Positions 39,585-49,742 are shown, counted from the first letter of the stretch. The stretch is DNA of 64,000 bases from a virus (IMGVR_UViG_2882238243_000002:1-64000); one strand, 5' to 3'. Program-made: numbers and translations. Notes: generated by a model from the sequence alone, not told the origin.

Positions 39585-40516
39585 TGAGTGATATCTTTGA
39601 TAAAAAAGGAATTAAACCAATGTTAATTTCCGAAATGGTTGAGCCTTATGACGATGAGAATTCTATTTTTGAATTAAAACTAGATGGCATAAGATGTATA
39701 AACTATTGTGATAAAACATCAACTGATTTGCGCAATAAAAGAGATATGAAATTATTACCTAGATTTCCAGAGTTGCAATCGGTATTTAAAAACTGCAAAG
39801 AAAAATGCATTTTAGACGGAGAATTGATTACGTTAGTTAATGGAGTACCAGATTTCTATGTATTACAAAAACGTACTTTGCTAACCGATCCTTTTAAAAT
39901 AGATCTTGAAAAAACAAGACATCCTGCCAGTTTTGTTGCTTATGATATTATTTATTATAAAGATAAATTAATCAAAGACTTACCATTAATGGAACGAAAG
40001 GAAATATTAAGTAATATAATATCAGAAAATAATCTGATATCTGTATCGAGATATATTGAAACTAATGGCATTGCGTTATTTAATCTAGCAAAACAACAAC
40101 AGCTTGAAGGAGTAGTAGGCAAGAAGAAAAATAGCCTCTACTGGCTTGGTAAAAATACAAAAGAGTGGAATAAAGTTAAGGTTATGAAAGACGATGACTT
40201 TATTTGCATAGCTTATATAGTAAAAGAAAAAGCTACAAGTCTTGTACTTGCAAAATATGACATAAATAATAATCTTGTTATTACTAATCATGTTACTCTT
40301 GGCGTAAGTCTTTCTAAATTGAAGCAAAACGGCGCTACTCCATCAAAGTGCCCATTAAATGACATACCCAAGGGTCATGAAAACGCAACATGGATTAAAC
40401 CACTAGTTTGCACGGTAGAATTTATGCCTTCAAATAAAGAGGGACTTAGACAAGCTGTACTCAAGGGTTTTAGGGATGATAAATCACCTGAAGAATGTAG
40501 AATAGGAGAGAAGTGA
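39584..40516 (+). CDS. ATP-dependent DNA ligase (LigD/LigC-type ligase domain only)
   Basis: PML, ELKLDGIR (motif I), LDGEL, YDII, EGVVGK..Y..W.KVK; coupled to ku. Confidence 0.92.
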   Translation: MSDIFDKKGIKPMLISEMVEPYDDENSIFELKLDGIRCINYCDKTSTDLRNKRDMKLLPRFPELQSVFKNCKEKCILDGELITLVNGVPDFYVLQKRTLLTDPFKIDLEKTRHPASFVAYDIIYYKDKLIKDLPLMERKEILSNIISENNLISVSRYIETNGIALFNLAKQQQLEGVVGKKKNSLYWLGKNTKEWNKVKVMKDDDFICIAYIVKEKATSLVLAKYDINNNLVITNHVTLGVSLSKLKQNGATPSKCPLNDIPKGHENATWIKPLVCTVEFMPSNKEGLRQAVLKGFRDDKSPEECRIGEK

Positions 40517-40529
40517 ATTCTCTCCTTAT

Positions 40530-40784
40530 TTATAATATTAAATCATTATCTCGAATTATCTCTTCTTGATATTTGTTCCAGTCAACTTTAGTAACTTTTG
40601 CTTCATCATATGTCCATAATGTGATAATTTCACCTTCCTCAGAGGATGATCTCTCAACTTGCTCAATATTCTTACGAATATATACATATACCTTTGAACT
40701 TATGTCGTCAAATGCATCTGGTTTAGTATCTTGTGAACCTTCTACGTGTTCCCAATCCAATAGTTTTTCCATAAACGTTTTCAC
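40530..40784 (-). CDS. Hypothetical fibre-accessory protein
   Basis: SSKVYVYIRKNI..WTYDE; follows the fibre gene. Confidence 0.6.
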   Translation of the reverse strand: MKTFMEKLLDWEHVEGSQDTKPDAFDDISSKVYVYIRKNIEQVERSSSEEGEIITLWTYDEAKVTKVDWNKYQEEIIRDNDLIL

Positions 40785-40794
40785 CCACTTTCAA

Positions 40795-42162
40795 TTATTC
40801 AGTTCCAGCCAATGGTCTACATGAAATAAACGTTCCTATAGCTGTGCCAGTATTAGTTGGTGTGGCATTATTGTGCATAGAGAATATTCCGCCTTGCTGT
40901 GTATTGGATGTTCCAACGTTCGACATTCCCATAGCAGGACATCTTAGGCCTGTGTCAGTTGTACCTCCATTGGCATAATCACACCAATATGTACTTGACG
41001 ACCCAGTTCTAGTATTTGGAAAGAAGCCATATTCGCTAATATTCATAGTGTTAATATACCCACCTGATGCGGCTGTGGTATTTGATTCGAATGGCATTGC
41101 TATATACCCACTCCCAGTATCATTGTAATTAGCGGTGGTTGATCCATCATACATCCCTTCAGTTAATTTAACTTTATAAATATGGTTCTGATAAAGTAAT
41201 CCAGCAACTCTACCAGATCTAGCTCCCCAGTAGTTTTCGATACCAAATAACTTGAGGTCTGTATTATTTGCGTTATTTCCCCAGAATAGCCCTTTTGCAT
41301 TAGCAGTTCCATTATAACTTGCAGACATACTATCCCCACCAGACGAGCATCTACTATATCCGAAACGAGCCTGACTGTTTCTAGATTTACCCATTAATAA
41401 TAGAAGTATCTGAAACAGCAGCCTATTGGCATAAGTATCTATATTCCAGATATCCTTGTTACTTGGGTTATTTGCTTTTGCTCTGGTAAGTTCAGATGAT
41501 AGAGAAGAAGCACCATATATATTATTGGACAAACTTCTATATCTAGGATTAATATATGAATGACTGTAAATTGCTATGTAGAAATATGGTATTACATCAC
41601 CGTTTATATCAATATGAGACCAACACTTAAAATCATCATCCACTTGTTTATCAGACACCAACACCGTTGTTAGATTTGTAGTTTCGTTATGACTTATTTT
41701 ATAATATACCAGCGGTATTCCAACCATCGCATTCCCACCGTACGATGTATTACTAATGTCTGATGCCGTACCATCTAATTTCTTGGTATAATCATTTGGG
41801 TCTAACAGATATCCAACTGTACCATCATACTTTAACATACATGGTTTCAATCCTTTTATAAACCAAGCATCTGTCCAACTACCATACTCAAATTCACCTG
41901 TGGTGAAATTCATCTTCGCGGGTGTAAAATATTTATTATCTTCTATATATGAAATACTTGCATAAGGGTCTGATTCATTGTTATCAATAACAAACCCATA
42001 CAACGTGTAGTCTCGGTCATCATCGCCTTTTTTCTTTTGCCAAGTTATATCTAAGGGAAATTGTCTAGGTGAATCATATGATTTACTTTTCGCTTGCAAC
42101 CAAGAATTTTCCAGTGGTGATTGTCTTGGAATATCAGTTATATTGTCTGTCATCTTAATCAC
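40795..42162 (-). CDS. Fibre/adhesin-like protein with C-type-lectin (Mtd/FGE-like) C-terminus
   Basis: GNAMVGIP, KLFGIENYWG, terminal G.F....IG...SC pattern. Confidence 0.6.
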   Translation of the reverse strand: MIKMTDNITDIPRQSPLENSWLQAKSKSYDSPRQFPLDITWQKKKGDDDRDYTLYGFVIDNNESDPYASISYIEDNKYFTPAKMNFTTGEFEYGSWTDAWFIKGLKPCMLKYDGTVGYLLDPNDYTKKLDGTASDISNTSYGGNAMVGIPLVYYKISHNETTNLTTVLVSDKQVDDDFKCWSHIDINGDVIPYFYIAIYSHSYINPRYRSLSNNIYGASSLSSELTRAKANNPSNKDIWNIDTYANRLLFQILLLLMGKSRNSQARFGYSRCSSGGDSMSASYNGTANAKGLFWGNNANNTDLKLFGIENYWGARSGRVAGLLYQNHIYKVKLTEGMYDGSTTANYNDTGSGYIAMPFESNTTAASGGYINTMNISEYGFFPNTRTGSSSTYWCDYANGGTTDTGLRCPAMGMSNVGTSNTQQGGIFSMHNNATPTNTGTAIGTFISCRPLAGTE

Positions 42163-42169
42163 CGCCTAC

Positions 42170-43573
42170 TTAAAGTAAATTTGTTACATAAATAAAATAA
42201 TCAATACTAGTCACTGAAGTTCCTTTGTTATTAAATTTAATATGTATGCTTTCACTATTATCTTTATCTTCGCATGGAGTATTAGCAATATCTTGTATCG
42301 ATGATGCTTCCAAACTTTCATAGATAATTAATCCATCGGTACTTTTATTGTAAATTTCGACAGATATATTTTCATTTGAAGAATTACTAATATATAATGT
42401 ACGGATATCGTACTTATTAAATCCCGTATTTAAGTGTAAAAACGAACTGTCACCCGCAGCAACAGTCACCTGTCCTGATATTTCCTTTAACTGTGGCACG
42501 CCACCACCTCCTCCTACATTATCCCAATAACTAGCATCTGTTTCAAATGATGTACTTGACAAATGGTTTGTGTTACATCTCTTTGTGGTATTATTTATCC
42601 ATACTAAATCACCAATGATATAACTTGTTGTCGATTGCCATTCTAAAACAGCCATTCTTAAGCTAGGCTTATTTGTCAAATCATTGTAATTTCCACTAAA
42701 ATGTTTGTTCCAGCTCTGTATCATTTCAGTAGTAATGGTTTCGAGAAGTGGAAGATTGCCGTGAGTATGCAATTCTTCATGTGTATGATTTGTATTTGAT
42801 TTTTCATTCAAGGCTGATTGTAATTGAGAAGTTGTAATATACTCTTGTAAATCAATATTTGTACTTCCGAGGTTAGCCCAACTATTACTTATGTACATAT
42901 ATTGATTATATACAGACTCTCCGGCAGACATTAAATAAATAGTGGTAGGAGATATGTCTATAGTTGGTAATTCTTCAACTATTAAGGTTGTAAGTTTATT
43001 AATATTACTTACAAGATTAGTTACTTCATTTTTTGTATATACTTCATTTTTTGAATAATAATTAAGAAGATTAGTTACCGTATTTTTGATAAAGTTTTCA
43101 TCATTGGTTAGCTGAGACAATGCAGTTGGAATAGTAGGTATATCAGTCAAATCATTAAAGCTTATGATTGTATTAGGCACAGCAACATAGCCAGTGTCGT
43201 AATCACCGATAAACCATCGTCCAGTAGTATCGTCAATACGAGGAGTAGTACCAGCTTCGCCACGTTCCCCCTTAATTGTCGACAATGAACCAACCGGTAT
43301 GGTATTACCATTTGATAAAATAGCAGTTATATTATTGTCTTCTGAAATGTTCATAGAAACAACATAAATGCCGTCTTGTCCCTTAGTTCCCTTTATAGAT
43401 TCTAACCAATCAGACTCAGTTCCCTCAAATCCATTTAAAACGGCTATTTCATAAGCGGATTTTCCGTTTTCTCCTGGATCTCCTTTTATGGCACCACCAC
43501 CCACCATTGTCTCTTCAACAAAAGACTTAGTGAATGATTTGGTTAAAGATGAACCAATAAAATCTATTGCCAT
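42170..43573 (-). CDS. Collagen-like fibre protein
   Basis: GENGKSAYEIAVLNGFEGTESDWLESIKG; DLTDIPTIPTALSQLTND; GGAGG RBS. Confidence 0.75.
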   Translation of the reverse strand: MAIDFIGSSLTKSFTKSFVEETMVGGGAIKGDPGENGKSAYEIAVLNGFEGTESDWLESIKGTKGQDGIYVVSMNISEDNNITAILSNGNTIPVGSLSTIKGERGEAGTTPRIDDTTGRWFIGDYDTGYVAVPNTIISFNDLTDIPTIPTALSQLTNDENFIKNTVTNLLNYYSKNEVYTKNEVTNLVSNINKLTTLIVEELPTIDISPTTIYLMSAGESVYNQYMYISNSWANLGSTNIDLQEYITTSQLQSALNEKSNTNHTHEELHTHGNLPLLETITTEMIQSWNKHFSGNYNDLTNKPSLRMAVLEWQSTTSYIIGDLVWINNTTKRCNTNHLSSTSFETDASYWDNVGGGGGVPQLKEISGQVTVAAGDSSFLHLNTGFNKYDIRTLYISNSSNENISVEIYNKSTDGLIIYESLEASSIQDIANTPCEDKDNSESIHIKFNNKGTSVTSIDYFIYVTNLL

Positions 43574-43575
43574 TT

Positions 43576-43815
43576 TTACACCTCCGATAAATTTTTCCAA
43601 CCGAAGCCGAAAAGCATATATACCATAATTCCTCCGCCTACGTTGCCAACAACACAAGTTGAACCCATTGGTGCAAATTGCTGATAAGAATTAAACGCCC
43701 CTTTTCCTCTTGACGTAGTTGTGGGCAAATCATTTATTTCTTCTTCTGTATCACAAACAAATTCCATTAGTCCAACGGTTGATTTGTCTCCGTATCTAAT
43801 ACATGTTCCTGCCAT
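43576..43815 (-). CDS. Small hypothetical protein preceding the fibre gene
   Basis: EFVCDTEEEINDLPT..MGSTC; GAGG RBS; track extension overlaps the tRNA. Confidence 0.7.
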   Translation of the reverse strand: MAGTCIRYGDKSTVGLMEFVCDTEEEINDLPTTTSRGKGAFNSYQQFAPMGSTCVVGNVGGGIMVYMLFGFGWKNLSEV

Positions 43816-43913
43816 TTTGTTTCCTCGCTTTCTTTTGTGTATTGTCGATTTTTGACATAAATAAAACCGACAATCATAACTTGAAAGTCGGATAAATAGT
43901 TGCTTATTTTCTA

Positions 43914-44000
43914 AGGAAAGGGTGAGATTCGAACTCACGGTGGTTTTACCCACTCCTGTTTTCAAGACAGGCGCAACAAACCAAGCTCTGTCATATTTTC
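43914..44000 (-). tRNA. tRNA-Ser(UGA), degenerate acceptor stem (possible pseudo-tRNA)
   Basis: CCTGT-CTTGAAA-ACAGG anticodon arm, long variable arm, GAGTTCGAATCTC T arm; acceptor GAAAATA/CCTTTCC has 3 mismatches. Confidence 0.7.
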
Positions 44001-44190
44001 ATTTTATGTCAGCGTGAAGCATTGTAATTAGCTGATTTCGGCGTGTACTTTGCCAGTTTTGAATCCACATAATGGAAACTGCTTAATGTCTTTACTCGGT
44101 GAAAAAACTTTAAAGAGACAATGTAATATTTGCCACTTTATACAAAACTCACAAGCCAAGTTTTAATCCTGTATAATAATGCTTCTATGA

Positions 44191-44415
44191 TTAACTAAAT
44201 GTAATATCAATCGAAGCGGTTACATCACTTACAATTCTAATAGAATCTGTCGGATATTCTTTATATAATTCTAATAATACAGATTCTAATTCCTCTAAAT
44301 CATCGGTTTCGAAGATGGTAGTGGTAGAGCTTGACTCTGTTGTAGATGTAATCTTGTAATATTCCCAAAGATTCTTATTTTGGGTGCCATATTTCATAAG
44401 AATGTTGTATTTCAT
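44191..44415 (-). CDS. Hypothetical protein
   Basis: AGGGAG RBS. Confidence 0.65.
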   Translation of the reverse strand: MKYNILMKYGTQNKNLWEYYKITSTTESSSTTTIFETDDLEELESVLLELYKEYPTDSIRIVSDVTASIDITFS

Positions 44416-44449
44416 TATTTATTCTCCCTTTCAATCATTTTTCTGTTAA

Positions 44450-44524
44450 TGGGCATAATAGGATTTGAACCTATGACTCATCGCTTAAAAGGCGATTACT
44501 CTAACCAAACTGAGTTATATACCC
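44450..44524 (-). tRNA. tRNA-Lys(UUU)
   Basis: GGGTATA/TATGCCC acceptor; ATCGC-CTTTTAA-GCGAT anticodon arm. Confidence 0.92.
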
Positions 44525-44866
44525 ATGAAAAATAGGAGAGTACTGACGACTCTCCTAGGAATTCCGTGGTTGTCATGTTATTTTAGAAGGTGACTAGACC
44601 TTTAGGCTCCACTGGCACGTTATTACCTACGATTTTAAGCTATTCACTGCTTTTTTAATAAATTATCCAACCACAATTGGACAAATAGACCTTGAACCAC
44701 GCAGGTTATCAAGGTACGATCACTTATTATTATTGGCTGCTTTACGCTCCATTATGCCCATAGGATTGACCACATTTAATCTAACTTCCCACGCACGTCA
44801 GAACCAATAATGTTATATATTATTGCTTATATGTATATATTCTCCGTTTGAAATTTGGAATTCAAA

Positions 44867-45820
44867 TTAAATAATTACATTATCTTTTAGTTTTCTTACT
44901 TTAGACGTATCGGTTTTGATGTAAAATTTCTTAGTTACATCGGTTCCGGCGTGGTTCAACATAGTAGAAACATCCTCTAAGCTGATACCAGAATTTTTAA
45001 GCAATGTAGCATACGAATGGCGAAAATCATGAGGATGTAGCGTAGGAACTGCAATCATATTTCCAATTTTCTTACACCATTCATTCAAAGTCCCATCTTG
45101 AATAGGCTTATCTTCCCTCACATACGGAGTGATAAATAACCAACCGTAATCATTTATATTATTTTCTTTACGATAGTCTATAAGTTTTTCTAAACATTCT
45201 TTTGTTTCCACACTAAATGATAATTCAACTAACTTTCCCTCTTTTTCAAGTACATTAGAACAAATACGTTCTTCCAAGTTAACTTGATCCCATCTTAAAT
45301 TTGCAACAGCATGAACTCTTGCCATTGTAGTTAAAGATAGAAAAGCATACGTTTGTAACTGAACATCACCATATTCCTCAAGCTTTTCACGCATTAATTG
45401 TACTTGTTCTTTTGTAAGATATGTTTGAACAGCTATAGGTTGTCCTGCTTTCGGTCTGTCTATAAATTCGACAGGGGATTCTTTAATAATTTTCTTTTTT
45501 CGAAGGAATTTATAAAACGCTGATATAGAAGACATAACTCGCTTTTGTCGATTTACGTTATTGCCCTGTTGCTTTCGCCAATAATAGTATTCGGTAATAT
45601 CGTCTTCTGATGCTTCAGTAGCGGATAGATTGAACTGCGTATCATGCATAAATATAAACCATTGCTTTAAATCTGAGTTATATGCATCAATAGAATTCTG
45701 TGATAAATCTCGAATTGACATATCTACCTGATATTTCTGAAATAATTTCAATGTTTCTGGATTAATATTTTTAAGTTTTTCTTCATCGTGCATTTTAATT
45801 CGTTTACTACGTTCTGCCAT
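44867..45820 (-). CDS. Tyrosine recombinase (XerC/D-like)
   Basis: TMARVHAV, EKEGK, HPHDFRHSYAT, LNH..T..FY catalytic pattern. Confidence 0.9.
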   Translation of the reverse strand: MAERSKRIKMHDEEKLKNINPETLKLFQKYQVDMSIRDLSQNSIDAYNSDLKQWFIFMHDTQFNLSATEASEDDITEYYYWRKQQGNNVNRQKRVMSSISAFYKFLRKKKIIKESPVEFIDRPKAGQPIAVQTYLTKEQVQLMREKLEEYGDVQLQTYAFLSLTTMARVHAVANLRWDQVNLEERICSNVLEKEGKLVELSFSVETKECLEKLIDYRKENNINDYGWLFITPYVREDKPIQDGTLNEWCKKIGNMIAVPTLHPHDFRHSYATLLKNSGISLEDVSTMLNHAGTDVTKKFYIKTDTSKVRKLKDNVII

Positions 45821-45908
45821 TTTGTCACTTCCTTTCCGTCCATTTACTAACCAGCCTCATTTACTGGTAGGTAGCTACTTTCACCGCCCACATATTCTCT
45901 AAAATAAA

Positions 45909-46685
45909 TTACGCTACTTCCTTAAAATACTCTAACAACTTCTTTGTAAGCCAAATTTGTCCTTTTCCGGATAATAGAGGGGTATAGGTTATGTATTTCT
46001 TACCATTTCTTTCATTTATATTTTCCTTGTATTTCATATATCCTGAATCTAGCATTTGTTGTGAAGGTTTATTTTTTAAATTGTAACTTGAACACAAATA
46101 TCCTTCATCTCTACACCAATCCATTATTTTGTTTCTACCAAAAGATATATTGCTGTTATTTTGAAACGTTCCAGCAAATTCGCCAAAATTTATACAATTT
46201 TCAGCGACCGCTATAGCATCATGAAATTCCTCTTTTGGTTTCATTCTTTCGTTATCAGCTATAAGTGGAGCAGTGGCAAGTTCTACTAATTTATTGTGGG
46301 CATTGACAACTTCTAAAGAATCTTTACTAAACAATTGTAATTTGAGTTTTTCTTCTTCTGAAAGGTAACTGCCTGCTTTTAATTTTTCTTCCATAACATT
46401 AAAAGCATTAATGTATTTTAATTTCCATTCTAATGCTTTCTTTCCTGTAAATCCCATAGCTAAAAGCGAAAATCCGTCACGATTAATATCAAAACATCTA
46501 TATTCTTTTCCACGATTTTTGTAGGTAGTTTCATAAAACATTTCGCTATCCAAATTTGGACAGCCAGATATCAAATTATCAATATCTCTTAATACGTGAT
46601 TGTGATTCTTTCCAAACTTTTCAGAAATGTCACGACTGCTTGCTAAAATTTCTCCATTTTTACTTTGTAAAACGATTTCATTCAT
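45909..46685 (-). CDS. Rha-family regulator / antirepressor (Rha plus ANT/KilAC domain)
   Basis: SSRDISEKFGKNHNHVLRDI, RDGFSLLAMGFTG..EWKLKYINAF; GRNK..PSQ..TP..SGKGQ. Confidence 0.88.
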   Translation of the reverse strand: MNEIVLQSKNGEILASSRDISEKFGKNHNHVLRDIDNLISGCPNLDSEMFYETTYKNRGKEYRCFDINRDGFSLLAMGFTGKKALEWKLKYINAFNVMEEKLKAGSYLSEEEKLKLQLFSKDSLEVVNAHNKLVELATAPLIADNERMKPKEEFHDAIAVAENCINFGEFAGTFQNNSNISFGRNKIMDWCRDEGYLCSSYNLKNKPSQQMLDSGYMKYKENINERNGKKYITYTPLLSGKGQIWLTKKLLEYFKEVA

Positions 46686-47037
46686 AAATAACTTTCTCCT
46701 TTTATTTTATATCTGTGTGGTTATTCCCACATATTTTTTAATAAAAGGAGAGGATTTATTACTGTCTCACGACATGTACCTCTCCATGATGTAATCAACA
46801 TTTCGCTGATTACTTGATAGATGGAGGCTCGGTGTTCTCCGAGAAGGTATCCTTTTGTGCAATTAGGAACGTACCCTAATATTCGTTTGCACAAGTGAAC
46901 CGCCCACGCCAATGGAAACGGTCATTTTGTGTTAATTGATATTTAATCTGGCAGGAGAGTAATCTCTCTAATGAGTTATTCTCCAAACAAAAAGAAGATT
47001 GCGCTATAACACACAATCTTCCTATAAATTACATTTA

Positions 47038-47631
47038 TTATTTTCGTCTACCATATAATCCGCATAGCAAATCATCAAACTTATATATCTCGTCTAACAT
47101 ATCTTCGAGATAGTCCTTGCTCTTTAATATAGTAGAAAACATAATCATCCAATCGGTAAAATTATCAAGTCCGTCGCTTAGCTTGTTATTTAATGTGTTT
47201 GATAATGTATTACAATTACATTTTTCACACCCACATTCGTAATCTTCATCAACTTCTTCACCAATCTCAAACGCATAAACTATATCACTTTTTACATATG
47301 GAATTATCTTAGAATTGCATTCGTTGGAAATATATGTAATTGTAGAAGCCTCGACAACATAGTTATTATTTCTTTTAAATTTTTCACACCAGATTCCGTC
47401 AAAATTAAGAGAAATTACGTACTCGTCCCAATAATCTTCAAATTCTTCACGATGAATATCTATGGATGCAATATCATATCCGAAACAGATTAATCCTTTA
47501 ATGATTTCTCTTGCTTCTTCGTATTTTGCAATGATTGATAAATCACTATAATTCTCTTTATTTAAAGATTCAAATTTGTCTGCAATATCACAGCACAGTT
47601 CTTCTACATTCTCAAAATATAATGTTTTCAA
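47038..47631 (-). CDS. Hypothetical acidic protein
   Basis: ORF with GGTGGTG RBS. Confidence 0.7.
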   Translation of the reverse strand: MKTLYFENVEELCCDIADKFESLNKENYSDLSIIAKYEEAREIIKGLICFGYDIASIDIHREEFEDYWDEYVISLNFDGIWCEKFKRNNNYVVEASTITYISNECNSKIIPYVKSDIVYAFEIGEEVDEDYECGCEKCNCNTLSNTLNNKLSDGLDNFTDWMIMFSTILKSKDYLEDMLDEIYKFDDLLCGLYGRRK

Positions 47632-47652
47632 ATAAATTCACCACCAATCAGA

Positions 47653-47937
47653 TTAAGCCAACTGCTTGGCAGTTTTACTCATCTTAAACGTAATCTCATC
47701 ATGCTCAGGAACACAGTACTCTTCGCCCTTGCGTTCGCCTAACATAATCTTTCCGGTTCTTTCAGGAACATTTTTTACTTTAAATGCACCAAGATTACCA
47801 AGTGCAACCTTTTCATCTTTGTTTTCTGCTAAAGTTTCAGTAACAACATCAATGTATGCTGATAATACTGCCTCGACATCTTTTCTTGAAATTTCCACCT
47901 TTTCTGATACTGCTTTTAATAATTCGTTCTTTACCAT
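47653..47937 (-). CDS. hup: HU-family DNA-binding protein
   Basis: MVKNELLKAVSEK..KVALGNLGAFKV..ERTG..VP...FKMSK. Confidence 0.9.
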   Translation of the reverse strand: MVKNELLKAVSEKVEISRKDVEAVLSAYIDVVTETLAENKDEKVALGNLGAFKVKNVPERTGKIMLGERKGEEYCVPEHDEITFKMSKTAKQLA

Positions 47938-48254
47938 ATATTTTAAATCTCCTTAAATTCTTTAATTTATTTTTTTAATAAAATAGAAGAGTAGTACAAA
48001 CCATTCTTCATAGATAAGCACACGACGCCTACAACATCTGTACTTTGCAGCAATAGTTTTTTCTTGTGTCATTGCTGAATTGTCCACATTATTTAGTAGG
48101 AATTTTCTTTTCGGCTAATCCTAACTGCCATATTACGTAATTATGCATTGCCGTAATCAGAAGGCTCATGGACTCAGGTTTGGTCAACGCTACTATAATC
48201 CATTTTTCGCATAATAATAGCCAATCTACTTGTGATTGACTTATTGTTGTTAAT

Positions 48255-49439
48255 CTAATGTAGTTCTATCGGACAATAAGCCCTTACACCTTTATTAGTA
48301 CAAATACAAACCATTTGACTAGGTTTGCCCGTTAAACGTTTCTCGATGGTATAAGAGTCACCACATCCAGCCAAAGAGCCACCACGAATCATTTTTACAC
48401 TGTTTGTTTCATCAACAGAGCAAGTGTGCATATGTCCAAATGTGATTGCGTAAGGTAAAAAACCTAAACTCATACATAGACTTGAAACTCCAGATTTACT
48501 AAAAGCATCGTAGTCACCATGTACCCCGATATATGTTTTTCCTCGAATGGATATGTCAGATATACCAGTATCTAAATTTCTCTTAAGCACATGAAAATTT
48601 TCAATATGTTTCAATGATAATTCCACGCCCCAACTAATCACATCATCAAGTCTCTCGTCGTGAATAGAATCGTCTTTTCTGTCCATACGAGAGTGATTGC
48701 CGCTAACATTGGACATGAATACTGTCTGAAAACATTTTGTTAATTCATAACAAAAAGATGATATTAATTCTGTCGCTATTTTTATCTGCTCAATTACATT
48801 TTCTCTATTTGTGACTTGTATTGACTTATGAATATTTCCTGAAATAAGGTCACCTTGGCAAGAAACATAGCATTTTTCAGAATTGTGCAGTTTTTGAATT
48901 GCAATAACTTCGTTCAATAACTGATTTAACCTTCTTTTAGCTACGTCAGAATTATATTCTCCAAAAAAAGAGGAAAATGTTTGTCCAATATGTAAATCAC
49001 TCAAAATAATTAAAATGTCATTGTCTGAGTCGATAGTTACTTTTTCGTGAGTTTCAAAATTTGCATTACCTAAAGAAAGCAATTCATCTTCGAGTTTATC
49101 TAGTTTTTGTTCAACTCTAGCATCAATATAATTTTGCTTTTGCCATGCATTTCTTTCATCTCTGAACTTAATTTTTTCCCGTTCCAAATTTCGCCTTTGA
49201 ATTTCAAATTCTTTTAATTGATTATCTGACTCTATAAATTTGGTTTTGTTTGCATTAAGCATTTTTTCAAAAGCTTGATACTGCTTCCTGAATTTCGATT
49301 CTGTAAATACTGTGTTTAAAAGATTATTTAAAATATTAGCAACTTCTTGCCAAGATCCTATAACTTCTTTATTAGAACAAATTCTATATATTAATTCTTC
49401 ATCTGATTCATTCTCTAATCTTTTTAAGTCAATTCCGAT
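48255..49439 (-). CDS. Metallophosphoesterase (YonJ-like; probable ATC start)
   Basis: SDLHIG, GDLISG, GNH, HGD, GHMH motifs; frame open 59 codons above the track start, back to ATC after GGCGGTG. Confidence 0.85.
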   Translation of the reverse strand: MGIDLKRLENESDEELIYRICSNKEVIGSWQEVANILNNLLNTVFTESKFRKQYQAFEKMLNANKTKFIESDNQLKEFEIQRRNLEREKIKFRDERNAWQKQNYIDARVEQKLDKLEDELLSLGNANFETHEKVTIDSDNDILIILSDLHIGQTFSSFFGEYNSDVAKRRLNQLLNEVIAIQKLHNSEKCYVSCQGDLISGNIHKSIQVTNRENVIEQIKIATELISSFCYELTKCFQTVFMSNVSGNHSRMDRKDDSIHDERLDDVISWGVELSLKHIENFHVLKRNLDTGISDISIRGKTYIGVHGDYDAFSKSGVSSLCMSLGFLPYAITFGHMHTCSVDETNSVKMIRGGSLAGCGDSYTIEKRLTGKPSQMVCICTNKGVRAYCPIELH

Positions 49440-49453
49440 AAGTCACACCGCCC

Positions 49454-49669
49454 TTACTCATTTGATAAATCAGAAGTATCCGCAATTTCTTCTTCCGTCT
49501 TTTCTTTCATGGAAACATCAATGTGCTTGCCTGCAAATTTCTTGTAAAAATCAGCAAGGTGTTTAATTTCTCCGTCTAAATCCATTGTTAATCCATCTTC
49601 GGATACGATACCTGATAACTTAATTTCTTCGGTAGTTGTTACTTTATGTACAATTGCATTCTTTGCCAT
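49454..49669 (-). CDS. YonK-like small protein
   Basis: Size, sequence pattern and position upstream of the phosphoesterase as in SPbeta. Confidence 0.6.
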   Translation of the reverse strand: MAKNAIVHKVTTTEEIKLSGIVSEDGLTMDLDGEIKHLADFYKKFAGKHIDVSMKEKTEEEIADTSDLSNE

Positions 49670-49742
49670 ATTATAAAATCTCCTTTTCATTACTAAATTT
49701 GAGCATAAAAATAGAAGAGTAGTGTCTACTCTCCAAATTAAT

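Noticed and set aside
40795-42162. Diversity-generating retroelement
   Set aside because: No reverse transcriptase or template repeat seen in the window
43914-44000. Suppressor or selenocysteine tRNA, or genetic-code reassignment
   Set aside because: Anticodon UGA reads Ser UCA; genes are intact under the standard code
44867-45820. Tyrosine recombinase as the prophage integrase
   Set aside because: It lies within the late region far from the att site and looks Xer-like with no obvious arm-binding domain
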